NCBI RefSeq assembly: GCF_006345805.1
Contig: NC_043005.1
Coordinates: 105,214,001-105,278,000, forward strand
Direction of reading: 5' to 3'
Length of the DNA stretch: 64,000 nucleotides
From: Octopus sinensis
Taxonomy: Eukaryota
Each line of letters starts with the position of its first letter. The stretch's first letter is position 1. Position numbers and translations under genes: made by a program. The notes beneath the pieces were generated by a model. It saw only the letters and a program-made list of their open reading frames with translations. It was not told the origin of the DNA and ran no database searches. Of this stretch, positions 10,173 through 25,900 are shown piece after piece.

Positions 10173-11349
10173 TACAATGGATATTCATTAAAGATTTCCC
10201 CTGACCCACTCCAGTTATTGTAGGGTCTCTATATGTCACATTGTAAATAGAAGCTTTCCACTAGTATCTGTTTGTCTTTTATGGCTTTCTGAAATGGACT
10301 AAGGTGTTATAAAGGAGGTAGTTGAATACAGATCAGTGATCAGGTTCTTATACACGAAAGGTTGTACATCAAAAGAGACTTCTGATGCGATAAAAGAAGT
10401 TTATGGTGACAATGCACTGACATTGGTGGAAACTGCTCTTATTCCTTGGCAATCACATTCCGCCATTGATGACGACACCATCCATAATGTGGAAGCTGCC
10501 ATTTTGGAGAATCACTGCATAACTATTCAGCAACTAGCCCAAGAAGTGAAGATAAATGTAGGGTCTGGGGAGAAAAATCATTCAGGATTATTTGCAGAAG
10601 TTGTCTGCACGATGGATTCCCTGGATGCCCATACCTATTCAGAAGCAGGAACAATTGCTCCCAGGCTCTTTAGGCAATGTGCCAAGAAAATGAGAACTTT
10701 TTTGGCAGACTTATCATACAGGATGAAACATGGCTCGACCTCTATGATCCTGAAACTAAAGTCCTATCCAAGCAATGGAAGCATAACTCACCACCTCCAA
10801 TGGCTTGTGTCCAACTCTCAGTAGGCAAGGTAATGCTCACAGTCTTTTGGGGCCAATGCAGAGTAGTGATGATGGATTTTCTGGTAAAGGACACTAAATT
10901 AACAGGGCATATTATGCTTTTCTGCTGCAGAAGTTGCGAGACACCATCAAAAGAGAGAGGCGACATGCTGACCAAAGGAGTCTGCCTCCTCCAAGACAAT
11001 GTCTCAGTTCACAATGTACATATTGCCCAGATGTAAGTACACTCTTGCGGCTATGAAATCTTCATCTCCCTTCCTCACCCAAACTTGCACCTCTTTCCAA
11101 CCATGAAGTCTTTTTCTTGAAGGGAAAGCACTTTTTGCATGATGATGAACTTATTTCTGAGATAAAGTCATGGCTCCAGACACAACCTACCAACTTCCAC
11201 AGATGAGATCTTCACAGCTGCATAAAAGGATGGGAGGAGTGTATCACCATTGGTGATGGCTATGTAGAGGACAAATAATTGTGTCATGTCTTCTTTATCC
11301 CTGTCCTTGGGAAGTGGGTAAGGGAAAATCTTTAATGAACCACACCTAC
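10173..11349 (+). mobile_element. Mariner transposon, decayed
   Basis: 27-bp TIR cores at 10184-10210 and 11313-11339. Frameshifted transposase motifs: IRFLYTKG...EVYGDNA, ARWIP, IIQDETW..YDPETK, GKVMLTVFW, LLQDNVSVH, HLFPTMK. The third-Asp region is disrupted. Confidence 0.92.
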
Positions 11350-12859
11350 ACTCATCTAAATCATACTGATTTCAATTAAATCATACACCACATAAACACA
11401 AATTAATTGTAGGAAACTCAATAGCAATAATGTGATTTTTTGGAATTAACATATATACATAAACATGACTATTCTCTCTTTGTACAAACCAAACACACCT
11501 CCTGTTACTCCTGCCTTTACCATTGGGTATACAAGATTTGAAGGTCTCCTTACATTCTCTCCTGCTAATTGGTGTATTGGCAACTAGAGGTTTGCTTAAG
11601 GATTTCCTAGATTTTTTATCACTTTCATAGAGCTCTTTCCTTTTCAGATGATAGGAAGCAAGATTTGAACTTAGTATGGTAGAAACAAAGCAGACACTGA
11701 AAGGACCTGTCATCCGACACTAACACTATGCTAAACTACCACCCTAACATGTACATTTTTTTTTATAGAGCCCCAAAATAATGAAAAACGAATGTTTAGC
11801 TGCAACAGTTATTGCAAGGCATTCTGAATCTTACACAACTCAACCAATTTGACCCTGTGGTTACTACTGCATGTATAGTTATGTATGCACTGTGCTATAA
11901 TTGCATAAATGCATGTGTTACTCACTGGTTACCAAGTAATGTATCGAGGGAAATTATAGGTAAAAATAAAACAAGACAAACAAAACTAGTCAAAATACAG
12001 AGGAACAAGAAATAGTTTATGAAGAAAATCTGGAGAATGCTATCAGCAGTGTTTCATATTGGTAAGCACGCAGACCAGCAAGTTCCATCTTAGACAAAAA
12101 TATGACCATATATAACAGTTTAATTAAGATAAATTAAATCAATGATGAAATGCTAAATTTTTAAAACTGACATCTTACTCTTAGAGTTTTAGGGCATAAA
12201 AAGGATATTAACATAGCTTGTGAAGTTATTCCCATTTATATAAGTGCCATATTCCTCACTAATTCACATTTCATTATGATTTTAGCGATAACGAAGGTGA
12301 GATATAGTAACATTGTGACGTTTGTATATATTCATATCAAATATTCTTTTTTTTATATTTTGAATTTAAGTTATTTTTCAATTATCAACCATTTGTCAGC
12401 CAGAAAAATACATCTTTGTGCAAGGTTCAAGTTACTTTCAGACAGTTGGAACTTTATGTGTCTAGTCTCTAATTCACAATGCTACGCTGTATAATATGAT
12501 CTATGAAAGGGCATTCACTGATATTAAAAAAAAACCTAGAAAAGAGTAAAATTGAAAATCAGTTGGAGATTTTAGTATTGTATAGTACACATTACAGATG
12601 AACAATATTAACACATTAAATGGATAAAAAATATGAATTCGTGTGATAGTTTATTTAATTCATGATGCTTCATGTAGTTAAGATTCTACAAGTAATAAGG
12701 GAATTCTTCAAGGAAACAAAGATGTTACAACACATAAGATAACCAAACCCAGAAAGAACAAGACAGACTTATGTATGATGCCATCTGAATGCTTTATTTA
12801 TCTACCAGCAAAAGGGATATTTTATCCAATACATAAAAAATCAAGTTCAAATCATTTTA

Positions 12860-13589
12860 CATATATATATATATACACACACATATATATATGTATATAT
12901 ATACACACACACAAATACATACACTCACACATATACACACCCATACATGATACAAGCACCATTGGTTTGGCATCTTTGCCAAACAGAAGGTTAACTAGTG
13001 GCAATGCTATATATATATATACACACACACATATATGTATGTATGTATATATATATATACACATATATGCATGTATATATATACATACATACATGTGTGT
13101 GTATGTATCTATGTATATGTGTATGCATACACAAACACACACTCACTTGTTGCAAATGCACACACATATATACACACACGTACATATATATTATATATAA
13201 ATGTAATATATATAATATATAAATATAATCTATAATATATATATAAATATAATCTATTATATTATATATATACATATAATATGCATATTTGTATATATAA
13301 TACATAAATATATAATATGCATATCTATTTAATACATAGATATAATTATATATATATATAATGCATGATATATATAATATACATAATGCATAATATATAA
13401 AATATATACATAATATATATGTATTATATATATATTAAACAAGAGGTAGGTATAATTGATTTAAAGCACTTATTTGTCTTTAAATAGCAAAGGTCTGTCT
13501 CGATTCAGACATTCCTTACATATCTATAGAATATTATTCCACAGGATGTGAACTGTTCACATATCCGGAATCTTGGATTCAAGGAAACC

Positions 13590-13622
<33 letters not shown>

Positions 13623-13682
13623 TATATATATATATATATACACATATATATATAATATATACATACATAATATATACAAATA

Positions 13683-13720
<38 letters not shown>

Positions 13721-14058
13721 AATATATACATATATATATATATAAAATATACAATATATATTATATATATATATATATATAAATATACAAATATATATTA
13801 TATATATATAAATATATACATATAATATGCATATTTGTATATATAATACATATATATATATATATATATACACACACATATATATATATATATACACACA
13901 CATATATATATGTATATATATATACATACATAATATATACAAATATATATACACATATATATATAATATATATAATATATACATATAATATACGTGTATA
14001 AATAATATATATATATGTATATATGTGTGTAGATATATATAATACATATATATCAATA

Positions 14059-14108
<50 letters not shown>
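12860..14108. repeat. Compound TA/CA microsatellite fields (12860-13437 and 13589-14108)
   Basis: Direct inspection; the source of many spurious I/Y/H-rich ORFs. Confidence 0.95.
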
Positions 14109-17100
14109 CCACAAACATAATATAAGTCTTGATTTAACAAAACTTTGTTTTATTTTTGGTGTGTGTTTAATATTCAATTTATGTAACTGTACAAGGGGAA
14201 TGAGAGCCAGAGATGAAAGAAATTTTATTTAGGATGAAGTAGAATGAAAGATGACTGGCTAATTATATCATATACTTTAACCCTCTTTCTCACATCCACA
14301 TAATTCCCAATAAGAACAGAAGTAATTTTTTGTGAGGTCAAGGAATATTGGGAGTTGCTTACTGTGAAGTGCCAATATCAGATAAAACTAGATTCATTAA
14401 AATCATACTGAAAGACAAGCAAAATCTTATTTGTGTAAATGTATGTATCAAGGAAAATTTCTAATTTGGGGAGCAGGGAAAGAGATAGGAATGTTTAATT
14501 ATTTCTAACATACATTAAATATATAAAAAAAGAGGTGGGTGTGTATAGCTGAAAACATACAGATCATAACTAAAAAGATACTAAGACATAAATGGTAGAA
14601 AATTGGGAATGATAAATAGACTTTCAGTAGAAAAATAACAGAGACAATAATGTCATAAGAATAAGCAGACACACACAAGTACATGGTTACTATATAAATT
14701 ATGAACATAACATAAAATGACACTGCCTGAACATGCTGAAAAACTTAATCATAATGAAAGTGACACAGAAACTACAAGAAAAATAATGTGAATGCTATCT
14801 AAAAATTTACTACACAAAATGTTAAATGGAAGTGTTTCTAATCTATCCTATAAAAGCAGCAGCAAGTAAAACGATGGTAAAATTGCTAATAAATTAACTG
14901 AACAAAATTTAACTAAGTTTTGAAATAAAAATCAACAAAGATATAAAGGTAGCAGTAATGACAGCAATGATAATGGACACTTTTAAAAACTGAACTGATA
15001 AAATAAATTAATAGCGTGTCACTTTTTGTTTTTCTTTAAGACACATACACAAAATGACAGATGTAACTGAAAAATAAGGTTAGTGTTTCATAAGGACATT
15101 ACTAATTAATGATAATGATTCTGATAAATGTTTGCAATTTTCTGATAAACTTTATCATTATGTCTGGTAATATCACTAAAACATGTTCAAAAATAATATT
15201 CTGACTAGATTCTGCTTTTTTTAAAGAAAAAAATTTAATTCAACTGTTTTGTTTTGTTAGTTGTTTTTATTCATTTTATTCACTTTTCTTTTTTTTTCAT
15301 TTTTTACAAATTGGTACCATTAAAATCAAGTCCTATGTGTCTTTCTTTTATCATGTATGGAACATTGACAACAATAATAAAATAAACAATAATGAAAAGA
15401 GGGGGTTGTTGTTGTTCTGTTGTTGTTTTCGTTTCTCTCAAACATCAAATATCATCTTTCTCAATTTTAAAATAAAATTTTCTCTCTTTCTCTCTCTCTT
15501 CATTTTTATTTTTCAGTTAACAAATCTTACACACATACATAAGTGCAAGTATGTGTATAATACATAATCATACACATATATGAACGTACATATTAAAGAA
15601 TAGGTAAACATTTAAACACAAATATACATATGCTTCAAGTAATGAAAGCAACCATACAGATGGGAATTAAATGGAAATGATCAAGCATTAAAAGGCAGAA
15701 GGGGCATTTGAAAATAAAGTATAATAGAGAGAATAAATCTATCCCCACTAATGTTATCAACATTTATGCTTATACACAGTAATCTATTTCTGCAATACAA
15801 GAGTGGAGTGTTAAGCTAATTAGAACAATGTAATATTAAGGTAAATGACCACTTGCAGTTTAAACTATATAATTTATAAGGTTGGAACAGAGAATTCTTT
15901 TAAAGAATAACTATCTCCAAGTAATTTAATAAAACAATGATGCATTTCAGGCTTCATTTCAAGTATCTTGCAACTTCTAAAACAAAAGCTTCAAAATTGA
16001 AATATAAGAAAAATCCAGTAAAATCAAAGGGAACTTTTTCAATAGCAGAGTGTATCACTGGTTCTATGTTAACCAATGAAAGTTAAATAATATCTAGCTT
16101 CATTATTACTTAGATGGTAACCTGGATTAACTGAGAGACTGTCAGCATCATTTTGCCAGCTGATACTAAAAAGTATAAAGATGGCCTTGGTGAGAGCTGT
16201 TGCTAGTTGAAACCCATCAAAAGATGGTCTTAAATGAAAGAAGAGACCTATTCCTGCCAGATGAAAAGAGTTCAGTTTAACTCTTTCTTGCAGAGTACAG
16301 AAGACAAAGATACCATATTGGCATAGTTAAGAATTGTTATTTCAGTAAAAATGATAGCGTAGTGTTCTGACAGGATTTTCTAATAGCTAATATGCATATT
16401 CTGAGTTTAAAAACTTTCATATTTTACTGTCATGTTTAAATTCAAATAATTACTAAAAAGTATTAAGTTTGAAATACTGACAATTTGATATTCCTCACAC
16501 ATACATTTACATATGTATGTATATAAACAATTGCTTATTTTAGTATTCTACATGAGATTTTACACACAAACAGAGAGAGAGAGAGAGAGAGAGAGGGGGA
16601 GAGAGAGAGAGAGAAAGAAAGGAAATTTGAATTATTACAAAAAAAATGTGGGGAGCAGGGTGTGTTATAAAGGTAATGCTGTACAAATATGCGAGGAAGA
16701 AATGACAATGGGGGGTGGAAAGGGAGAAAAAGAGAGATGATAAAAAAAAGTTTACACATACATCATACACAAAACAAATTTTTTTGTTAGTTTTTAATAT
16801 GAAGATTCAAAAAGAAAATAAGTGTTTTTTCTTGAAATCATAAAATTTAAATAAAATATGAGACAAAAAGAAAAAAAATAAATAAATGGAGAGGATTTAG
16901 AGGTATATTGGAAAATTATAAGAATCCAAAATAAATCAATGGATAAAAAGCAAAATTTCACGCTACTATAAATTAGGGAACGACCTGGGGAGGGGATTAC
17001 AATAAAAGTCGTCACCATACTACACAGTTTAATGGCACTTGGTGTTCCTTCTCCCTACACAGTGAAGGCTTAGCTTTTTGGGCTTTTATTTTCTCTTTAA

Positions 17101-18303
17101 AAATAATAAGAATAAAACACCATTTTTCTTAATGAAATTTTTCCCTTTCAACACAGAACAGTAATGTCAGGAGTGACAACTTGCACTGAAAATTCTTTGA
17201 AGAAATTGAAAAATATAATAGTAGTAGTAGTAATAATAATATTAATAATAATAATTCTACAATATTTCCAGTTTAACAAAAGAGGTGTTTTGAGAAAAAA
17301 AATGAAATCAAAAAGGAAAGTAAAAAATCAAAGAGAATAGTTAATAAATTAAGGTGTACAAACTGAGGGAAATATGAGAGAGAGAGAGAGAGGTTGAGAA
17401 AGTTTAGACGACAAACCATCCAGCAATATTAGGAATCTCCTTTCCTTGTATTCTACAACATTCTTTTTTTTTTTGCAAGAATTTATAAGAGAAAGATTAA
17501 AAATAAATAAATAAAAATAAGAATACAAGAGGGAAAGTCACATCTTTTCATTTAAGTAGAGGTTCATAACTATATTTACATCTGAGGACACTTTTTCTAA
17601 ATTAAGAAATTTCCTTTTTATATATTTACTTTTTTTGTTGTTATTTAAACAAGACTTGATTATCTTTATTTGTTTATATATAACTTTTCTTTTGATTGAT
17701 ATTAAAATAAAATAAAAATATACTTTTAAAACATTAGACTATATGTCTATAATTATATAATTCTTACTGAGAGCAGTAATCTTAAGAAGCATTATGTTTG
17801 TAATATTACTAAACATTAAAATAGGGTCAGTGATTAAATGAATGACCCCAAACAAATAGAAATTAACATATACACTAGAAACAATTAATGGTTACAGACA
17901 TAATTTTTAAAAAGGAGGAGGAGAAAAAAAGACTAAAAAGTATCACCTAACAATTTTGTTGCATTATCTGGATTAATCTAAGGTACAAATTAGTAAGATA
18001 TAGACAGAACATTCTAACTCTCTCAAGTGACTGACTAATAGATAAAATGGGATTGGAGGAATAGCCAATGGATATCTTAAAAAACTTTTCATTATAGAAG
18101 AGAAAGGAACAATTGCATATCTATATTCATGATGAATTAAACAGGTATACAATTAAAACTGACTGCAGCTATTGCAATTGATGTCCAGCTCTCTTCTCGA
18201 GAATAAGGTAATAAATATAAGCCTCTGGCTTTCTTAAGGCCATAAAAATCTAAATATTCGATTCACAGCCTGATGAATATTTATAAAAGAAAAGATAATA
18301 ATG

Positions 18304-18352
<49 letters not shown>

Positions 18353-19080
18353 TTGAAATAACATCTAAGCAAAAATGGCTGAGGTAGTTTGAGAATGTTA
18401 GCTTTTTTCTTTATTTTTTAACACATCCACACACAATGTGTGTACATGTATGTATATATGTATAGTATGTGTATATATGTGTGTGTGTGTGTATACACAC
18501 ACACACACATACACATACATACAGTTTATGAACATGTTGATGAAAACATACATTTATTAATATATTTATTAGTAACAAAATAGTAAAAATACTGCATTTT
18601 GAGCTCTGATTTAATTGTTAGCTTCTTTAATTAAAGAAGGAATAAAAGGGTGAGGGAGAAACGTTACAGAATGTCTTGGAGCATAGGGGAAGGTCAGGAA
18701 AAATATTTTTTTTGTAGTTTTTCTTGTTTTGGTGAGGATGTTTAATTTTTTTCTTCCTTTGTTTTCTGTTTCCTATTTAGAATACAAAGGAAATTTCAGA
18801 TTTTGAGCACTAGTAGGTGTGGTACTATAGGAAGATAATTTACTTTCCACGCTTCAACATATATCAAAATGCAAAATATTTTGAATAAATTGTTTTTAAT
18901 AATTTTCATGAAATAAAGTTTTTAAAAATTAAAATATGTCATAATCTATATCTTAAAATCTATAAAGCCATGGAACACATACACACACACACACATTACA
19001 TCATATATACATAGGCTACGTGTATATACATTTATGTTCTATGCATATGTATACACATGCATGCAAATATGTATGTATAC

Positions 19081-19111
<31 letters not shown>

Positions 19112-19921
19112 TATATATATATACACACACATATAAATTCATACATATACACACATATATATTCATATACATTTTGTTGCTTTAATTTTTATTTTAACCT
19201 TTTACTAATAATAATAGATGGAAATAATTATATAATCCAAAAGAATATATTAGTATTTTTTCTTGGAGGGGCAGGCAAAGATATCAAAGACTGAATATTT
19301 TTATGTCTATACTTACAAAATTTAATAAAAATATTCTGAAAAGAACAAGAAAACTAAATTAAAAAATTATATTTACCATCAAATTGTAAAAACCATGAGC
19401 AAAATGAAGGTGTCATATGTATTTAGGCATTTTCTGGCAACAGAAATGTTCTTGAAAGGACTCTATCCAACATCCAAGTGAAAATTTTGAAGAGAACTAA
19501 TAAGCAAACATGCATAACTCATTTCTTAAACTGGACTGACAGTAGAAACCTGAAAGCCAGAATGAAATTCACCAACACAAATACAGAAAACCAGGACAAA
19601 AGTCAGAACTGCATCCTGAGGCATGAAGCTTTGTAGAATGTTTTCTATCTTAGCAGCCTGAACGAAATATGACGTTTACTAAGCGTCTGCTAAAAGTCAA
19701 CTTCATCAACAAACATTTTCTCCTCTTATATAAGCAATTTCATAAACTGAAACCTATGACTGCAACACAGAGAACTCAATACATTTGTGTTTTAAAAAAG
19801 AATGAGCTAATGTATGATGTAATAATCCCCAAAATAATATTTTATGCAATTAGGTGAGCTACTGGTGATGCTAATAAATGACTTGATGTTAATAAATGTT
19901 ATATGTATTTACACTCTCACA

Positions 19922-19964
<43 letters not shown>

Positions 19965-22900
19965 AAGATATATATATATATATGTGTGTATGTGTGTGTA
20001 TGCATAAAATCAAACAAGCACATTTCATACATGTAGCAAAGGATTTAATAATGGCTTGGTTAGGGACCACTTTTAAGCAAAATGCATATGGACCAGAGAG
20101 CATTTAGAGCTGAGCTGGAAAATATTTCCAATGATACTCTGTATCCTACAAATTTTCTAAGGATTCCAATATTTTTCTTTCAAAATTATGCCAAAGAAAG
20201 AAGTATGAGGGTAAGTTTAATAAGCACCATTAATGTACAGTGATCATACCTCATCCTTAGGAAATATAGATAACAGTATAATTAACATAAGTTAACCCTT
20301 TTAATTAAGAAATATACTTTCTGAAATTAGACAGGATGAAAATTGAAAGCAGGTGAGATTTGCTTTACTGAATAAGCTTACCATCATAAGGTAGCCATCA
20401 TAATAAATTTCAAGGAATTATAGGATCAATACTTTGTTGGTTTTCATTTTTTTTTTGCTTGTTATACTTAGGAAAAGAATGATTGCAACTGAAAGAAGGT
20501 CTTTGATTCTATGCCCGTCTGAATCCATTTCACCATATCCATATACAGAGGTAAAATGAAGACACCCCACCACTGCCACACAAAAAAAAAAACAAAAAAA
20601 AAAAACAAAACAAAAAAAAAACATTATTTAGCCTATGAATGTCAGTATGTTGCTGGATGATTGGTCAGTCATTTGGAAATCTGAGATCAACCAAAGTTGT
20701 CACTGTTTCTATCAGAGGGCACTGCAAGGATACAGTACTGTTCTGTTCTATTTATATTACAAGGGATTGATTCCAGCAAATACTTAAAAAAAAAAAAGAA
20801 AATTAAAATCATCATTTTACAAAGACAAAAATAAATAATGATGAGACAACAGAGCCAATCATTAAAAAAAAAATCTATGATTCAGAAAAGAAAACCAACA
20901 ACAACAAGAAAAGCAACTTCAAATATTTTGCAACACTTTATATATATATGTATATATATATATATATAAAACACAAACACACACACACACACAAATGTAC
21001 AAGTGTGTGTAGGTGTGTATATGTATAATAAAACAGCAAAAAAAAAAAATAATTAAAAGAACTTCTAAATTTAACTTGCTTAAAAAGAAAACAAACTATT
21101 TTTCATGATAACTGTAATAAAATTATGTGGGAAATGTTCTAACCATTATGCAGGGCAGAGTAGTGGAGACAAGGGACAAGCACACATAACAGGTGTGACA
21201 ATTCCAAATATACACATGATTGAAGATTTGGGGAAATTATGTTTTAAACTAGACAAAAAATTTGAAAACAAAGGGTAAAATACATACATATGTGTTATAG
21301 ATGTCAGAAAAAATTTAACACTTTTTTTCATTCATATAGAAATAACATATCTGATATTAATTATATCTATCTGAACAAAACAAAATCAATGAACGAGAAA
21401 ACAGGAGTTGCCAATTGCTCTAGATATATTTCCATCACGCTTTTAGTTGGTGAGCAATTTAGAACACCTTGTATATCTCATTAGCCCATGTTCGGCTCTT
21501 GTTGACATGTAAATTTCTAAGATAGAGAGGACCTTCCTGTAAGTGGAACAATTAATTCTTTTTATAGGGTAGCAGCACTATACAGGATTACTGATGAATC
21601 TTATAAACATCAACATTTAAGAATAGTGCTTAGATACATACATACACAAATATTGTATGTATGATAAGAGCTAAATATGATACAAGAAAAATATGGAAAC
21701 TCTTGCATATTATGTTATTAACAAAACCAGAATTAACATTTGGCAGGGTTATGGGGATTATAAATCAGGAAAGTCCCCTGTAACTGAGAAATATAACATA
21801 TTTGGGAAGAAGTTTCTACCTTGCATTTCCGGGTTACAAACTTTCATTAAAAATGGTACACAGAAATTTGAGAACATTTTTGAAACTGTTACAATTCTTT
21901 AGATGTGCATCCAAAAGAACAGATATAATATTCTTTTAAAGGAGTGGGGAAAAATCAATTTCAGAAGGTGAGGGGTACAGGGCATTAGATTGATTAATAA
22001 CACTTATCAGGCAGAAAGCAAGCAAAGTTTAAGAAATACATCGAGTTCAAAGAGGCTATCACATATTGTTATATCATCCGGGCACTGTATTTAAAACCTC
22101 TACAAACTCGATGTTTTCCAGACTCTTTATTGCTCCTTCAAGATAAATATTAAAAATTACTTTGTTTTTGTGTTATCCCCATCAAACAAATTATCAAATG
22201 TTAAGAGTTTCCTAAAAATAATTTGCCACAACTTCTCTCCTTTCCAAGAGAAAATCTATGACCCCTCCCCCCACTTATTAAATCTTAATCATGAAACAGC
22301 AGTGTCAAGAACATTTTAAAAGTACTCTACCCACCTCAACATAGAGAATGCTTAAAAAAGCAGGTAAAAACAATTGATAAACTATTTTATATATCACATA
22401 AATTAAATTCTACACAAATGACAACAGAAAAAGAAGAGAAATAATGGGAGAGAGAAGGGGAGATAAGCAACGTATCAAGACATCCAGTTTTACAACTAAA
22501 CTAAGAAAAGTATCTTGACATGTTATCAGTTGTGTAAAAGAGTAAGAAGTCCATCAAAGATTGTCCTGTAATTCAACAAAGAGCTAGAGGAAAAAGAAAC
22601 TGGAAAAAATGGCTCACCCAAAACGGAAATGTGGTCCAAGCTATAGAACATCATATATAACTATAATCTAGCAGAAAAATTACTTTGTAGATTGATATGA
22701 GCTATGCTTCCATGACTTAAGATAGAAGGATGAAATTCACATATGCATATAAACACACACTCAGACAAGACTATGGAATTCTGAAGTTATCATCCTCTTA
22801 GGAAGGTAAGGTGATTAACAAAATAAATGTGTGTGTGTGTGTACATACATGCAATTATGTGTGTGTGTATGTTAGATATGAAATGGAAATCCAAAACAAA

Positions 22901-25900
22901 CTATTACATTAAAAAGCAGCAGCTGAAAGAATAAAGATAGAAAGATGAACAGAGTGGATAATAAGAATTTGAGAATATTATATTATAGCAGTAGAGTAGA
23001 AAAAAATCCCGAAACCATTTCATCTTATTGAATCTATTAACTAATTCATCATGAGTACCAAGTAGTTAGAATCCTCACAGGAACACTGTCAGATAATAAT
23101 GAAGCAAAAAGTTCATTACTGAATAATAGAGAAAGATTTCAAAGAAATAAATAAAGAAAATGTTTTCCACTGGAAAGTTAGAAATAAAATAGAAAACTTT
23201 AAAAATGTTGAAGTGACCCCCTCCCACCACCACCAAAAAAAACAATAAAACTAAAATGAATCTGTTTGATAAATATTTATAGGAACAATATTTAGAAAAC
23301 TAGAAATTAACATATATGTTTCCAGCTGATATACTAAAACTGCAAAGAGAAAAAAAGAAAAAAACCCAACCAACTGCAACAATCACAAAACTAGTCTAAA
23401 CAAAGTTTACTCCTACATATTTTCAACAATTCCTTGACAATTAAATTCATAGACACAGCTTAGAGCACTAGAAATTTATATATATGTTCTTTACTTGCAC
23501 AAATTAAGGTAATTACTGTTAAAGACATTATAAATATATTGAAACATGCACATGTAAGTCTCCAATAATGCTCCAGTAAATATTTGACAGATTCATTTTA
23601 TTCTTATTTCTTGATCTTTTTTGCTTTGTTTTTAAATTTTTTCGATGGAAACATACATTTATTTCTCTAATTTTTTAGACTTCTATTATGTTCTAAATGT
23701 AAGCACACAAATATACATATATATCTTTACATATATGTAAACCACATTATATCATCATCATTCAATGTCTGTCTTACAAGCTGGCAAGGGTTGGACTTAG
23801 TTTGACAAGATCCAACAAGCTGGAGAACTGTACTGAATTCCAGTGTCTACTCTCACATGGTTTCTACAGCTGGCAGTTCTTCAAACTCTCCTCTGAAATT
23901 GTTGCCCTTGTAACCAAATTAGAAATATATATGTTTCAATAATATGCATTTGTTTAACACTTGCCAGTACAGTGTATATATGTGTGCCTATTCTGATTGT
24001 TTACTTTCTGCACTTCATGTAAAAAAGCATTAAATTACATATAGCGATATTTGATGGTTCCCTATCAAAGACAATTCAAATAAAAATTCCGTATTTGAAA
24101 TATGGGTTAGGTTGGTCAAAGCAAGGGCCTCTATCAGTAAAACAATGTTTCAGTATTGTGTAAGTTAACCCATGTTAGAATGGGCTGGATGCAAAACATT
24201 CATATATATCTCTCCATATCATAGATTAGTCATGTCTAGCTGTATATACATATATAAACCTATAAAAAGGCATATACATATGTGATGCATTATATATATA
24301 TATATACATATATACACACACACTATATACCATTTATAGATATATACACACAAGTATACACACTGTATGCCACGTGTAATATGTGATGTATAAATACATA
24401 CAAACACACATATGTATACCTCACAGGTCACTCATACAAATACAGACGTGTTTGTTTTAAATACTGAAAGCTTATTACTAGTGTATAGAAGTGGGAGTTG
24501 AGAAAGGTACTTTGTATGTATGATTAGCCTTCGTTTCCCATCAACTATAAACAGAACAATGTCAATATATTTTTATAAAACCATTAAAAGGAGTGATGTG
24601 GCTTCAATTTAATATAAGTAAATCTAGCATTTTTGTGTGTGTGTGCATGTAACAATGTATAGATATGTAAATTTTGTAACATTTATTTAAGAGATGGAAT
24701 GTTATTTATACTAGGAGTTTATAACAGAAAACAAAGCAGAGAACTGTGGAAGAATATTTAATCACTAAAAATATTTCTAAAATGGTATCATGATTCTAAA
24801 TGTACAGAATTAAGAGACCTCATTTGAAAACCCTTTAGTATTTTTTTAGAAAATAAATTCTAGTAATATAATAGAAATTGATAATTTAAAGTAAGAAATC
24901 CCTTACTCCCAAGCTCAAATTGTATAATGATACAAGAGAGCTTCCAGCTTAACATCTACATTATACTTATGTTCAATTTGGTTGATACAAGCTAAGATGA
25001 AGAAATCTAAACTATCCTTAGAAATACACATACATAGTGTTTCAATCAAACAAAAGTAAATAGTATCACTTAGATGATAATCATATTAGTGATATCAATA
25101 ATAACTAATGCAAGAGAATAAAATGGACATAAATAAAATGAGTAAAAAAAGGCAAATTTAATATAAAGGCCAGCAATAACTTAGACTTACAAAGATTGGA
25201 AAATAGGAATGTTTGGAGAGTTGAAGTACTTTGGAGGAAGGAAGAGGTTGGGGAAAAAAAGAGACAAGTATGGGAATCCTTATAAAACAAAAAATGATCC
25301 AGACTTTCTCCAAGAATACTAGATAAAGTCAAAGCATAACAAACCTGGCCAGTGTATCATAAGTATAAGCATGGTTTGTCTTTTACTTTTACCTTTGTGT
25401 AATACACACACATATACATACATGCACATGTACACACACACACACCTATTTTTTTTGTATTTCAAATATTAACATTTTTCAACAACTTGTAGAAATAAAA
25501 CTTCAAATATTGGCAGGGAATGTCAAACATGCTTATGATACAATTTTGTCAGCTCAAAGTACCAAAAATCCTCCAGGTGAGAGGTTAATGTGAAATTAAA
25601 TAAAAAATACCCATTGTGAAGCATCTGACAAACCAAAATGAAAACACAGAGGTAGAGAGAGAGAGAATGAATTGATAATAGCTAAATTTTAAAAAGCTAT
25701 TACAAATCATACGAAACACTCAGATGAAGCAACATCTCGGGAAATGGAAAGAAAACTAAGAGAATGAAACCATTAATTATCTGAATAGCATTTGCTCACA
25801 ACATAAAATTCTACAATTCTGTCATGAAATATATGGAGAAGGCAACGCTCCACTTAAAGTTCTTCCTTTATCCCGTATTTCCAGAGCACTGAAGCCAAAC

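Noticed and set aside
11381-11713. 110-aa minus-strand ORF
   Set aside because: No recognisable motif or exon boundaries; plausible by chance.
12775-14232. Many I/Y/H/C/V-rich ORFs (also at ~915-1995, 4258-5410, 32440-33508, 60493-60840)
   Set aside because: Translations of TA/CA/GA microsatellites, which lack stop codons in some frames.
22033-22118. Imperfect ~22-bp stem with ~40-nt loop
   Set aside because: Several mismatches, no TSD and no RNA family motif; not distinguishable from background.
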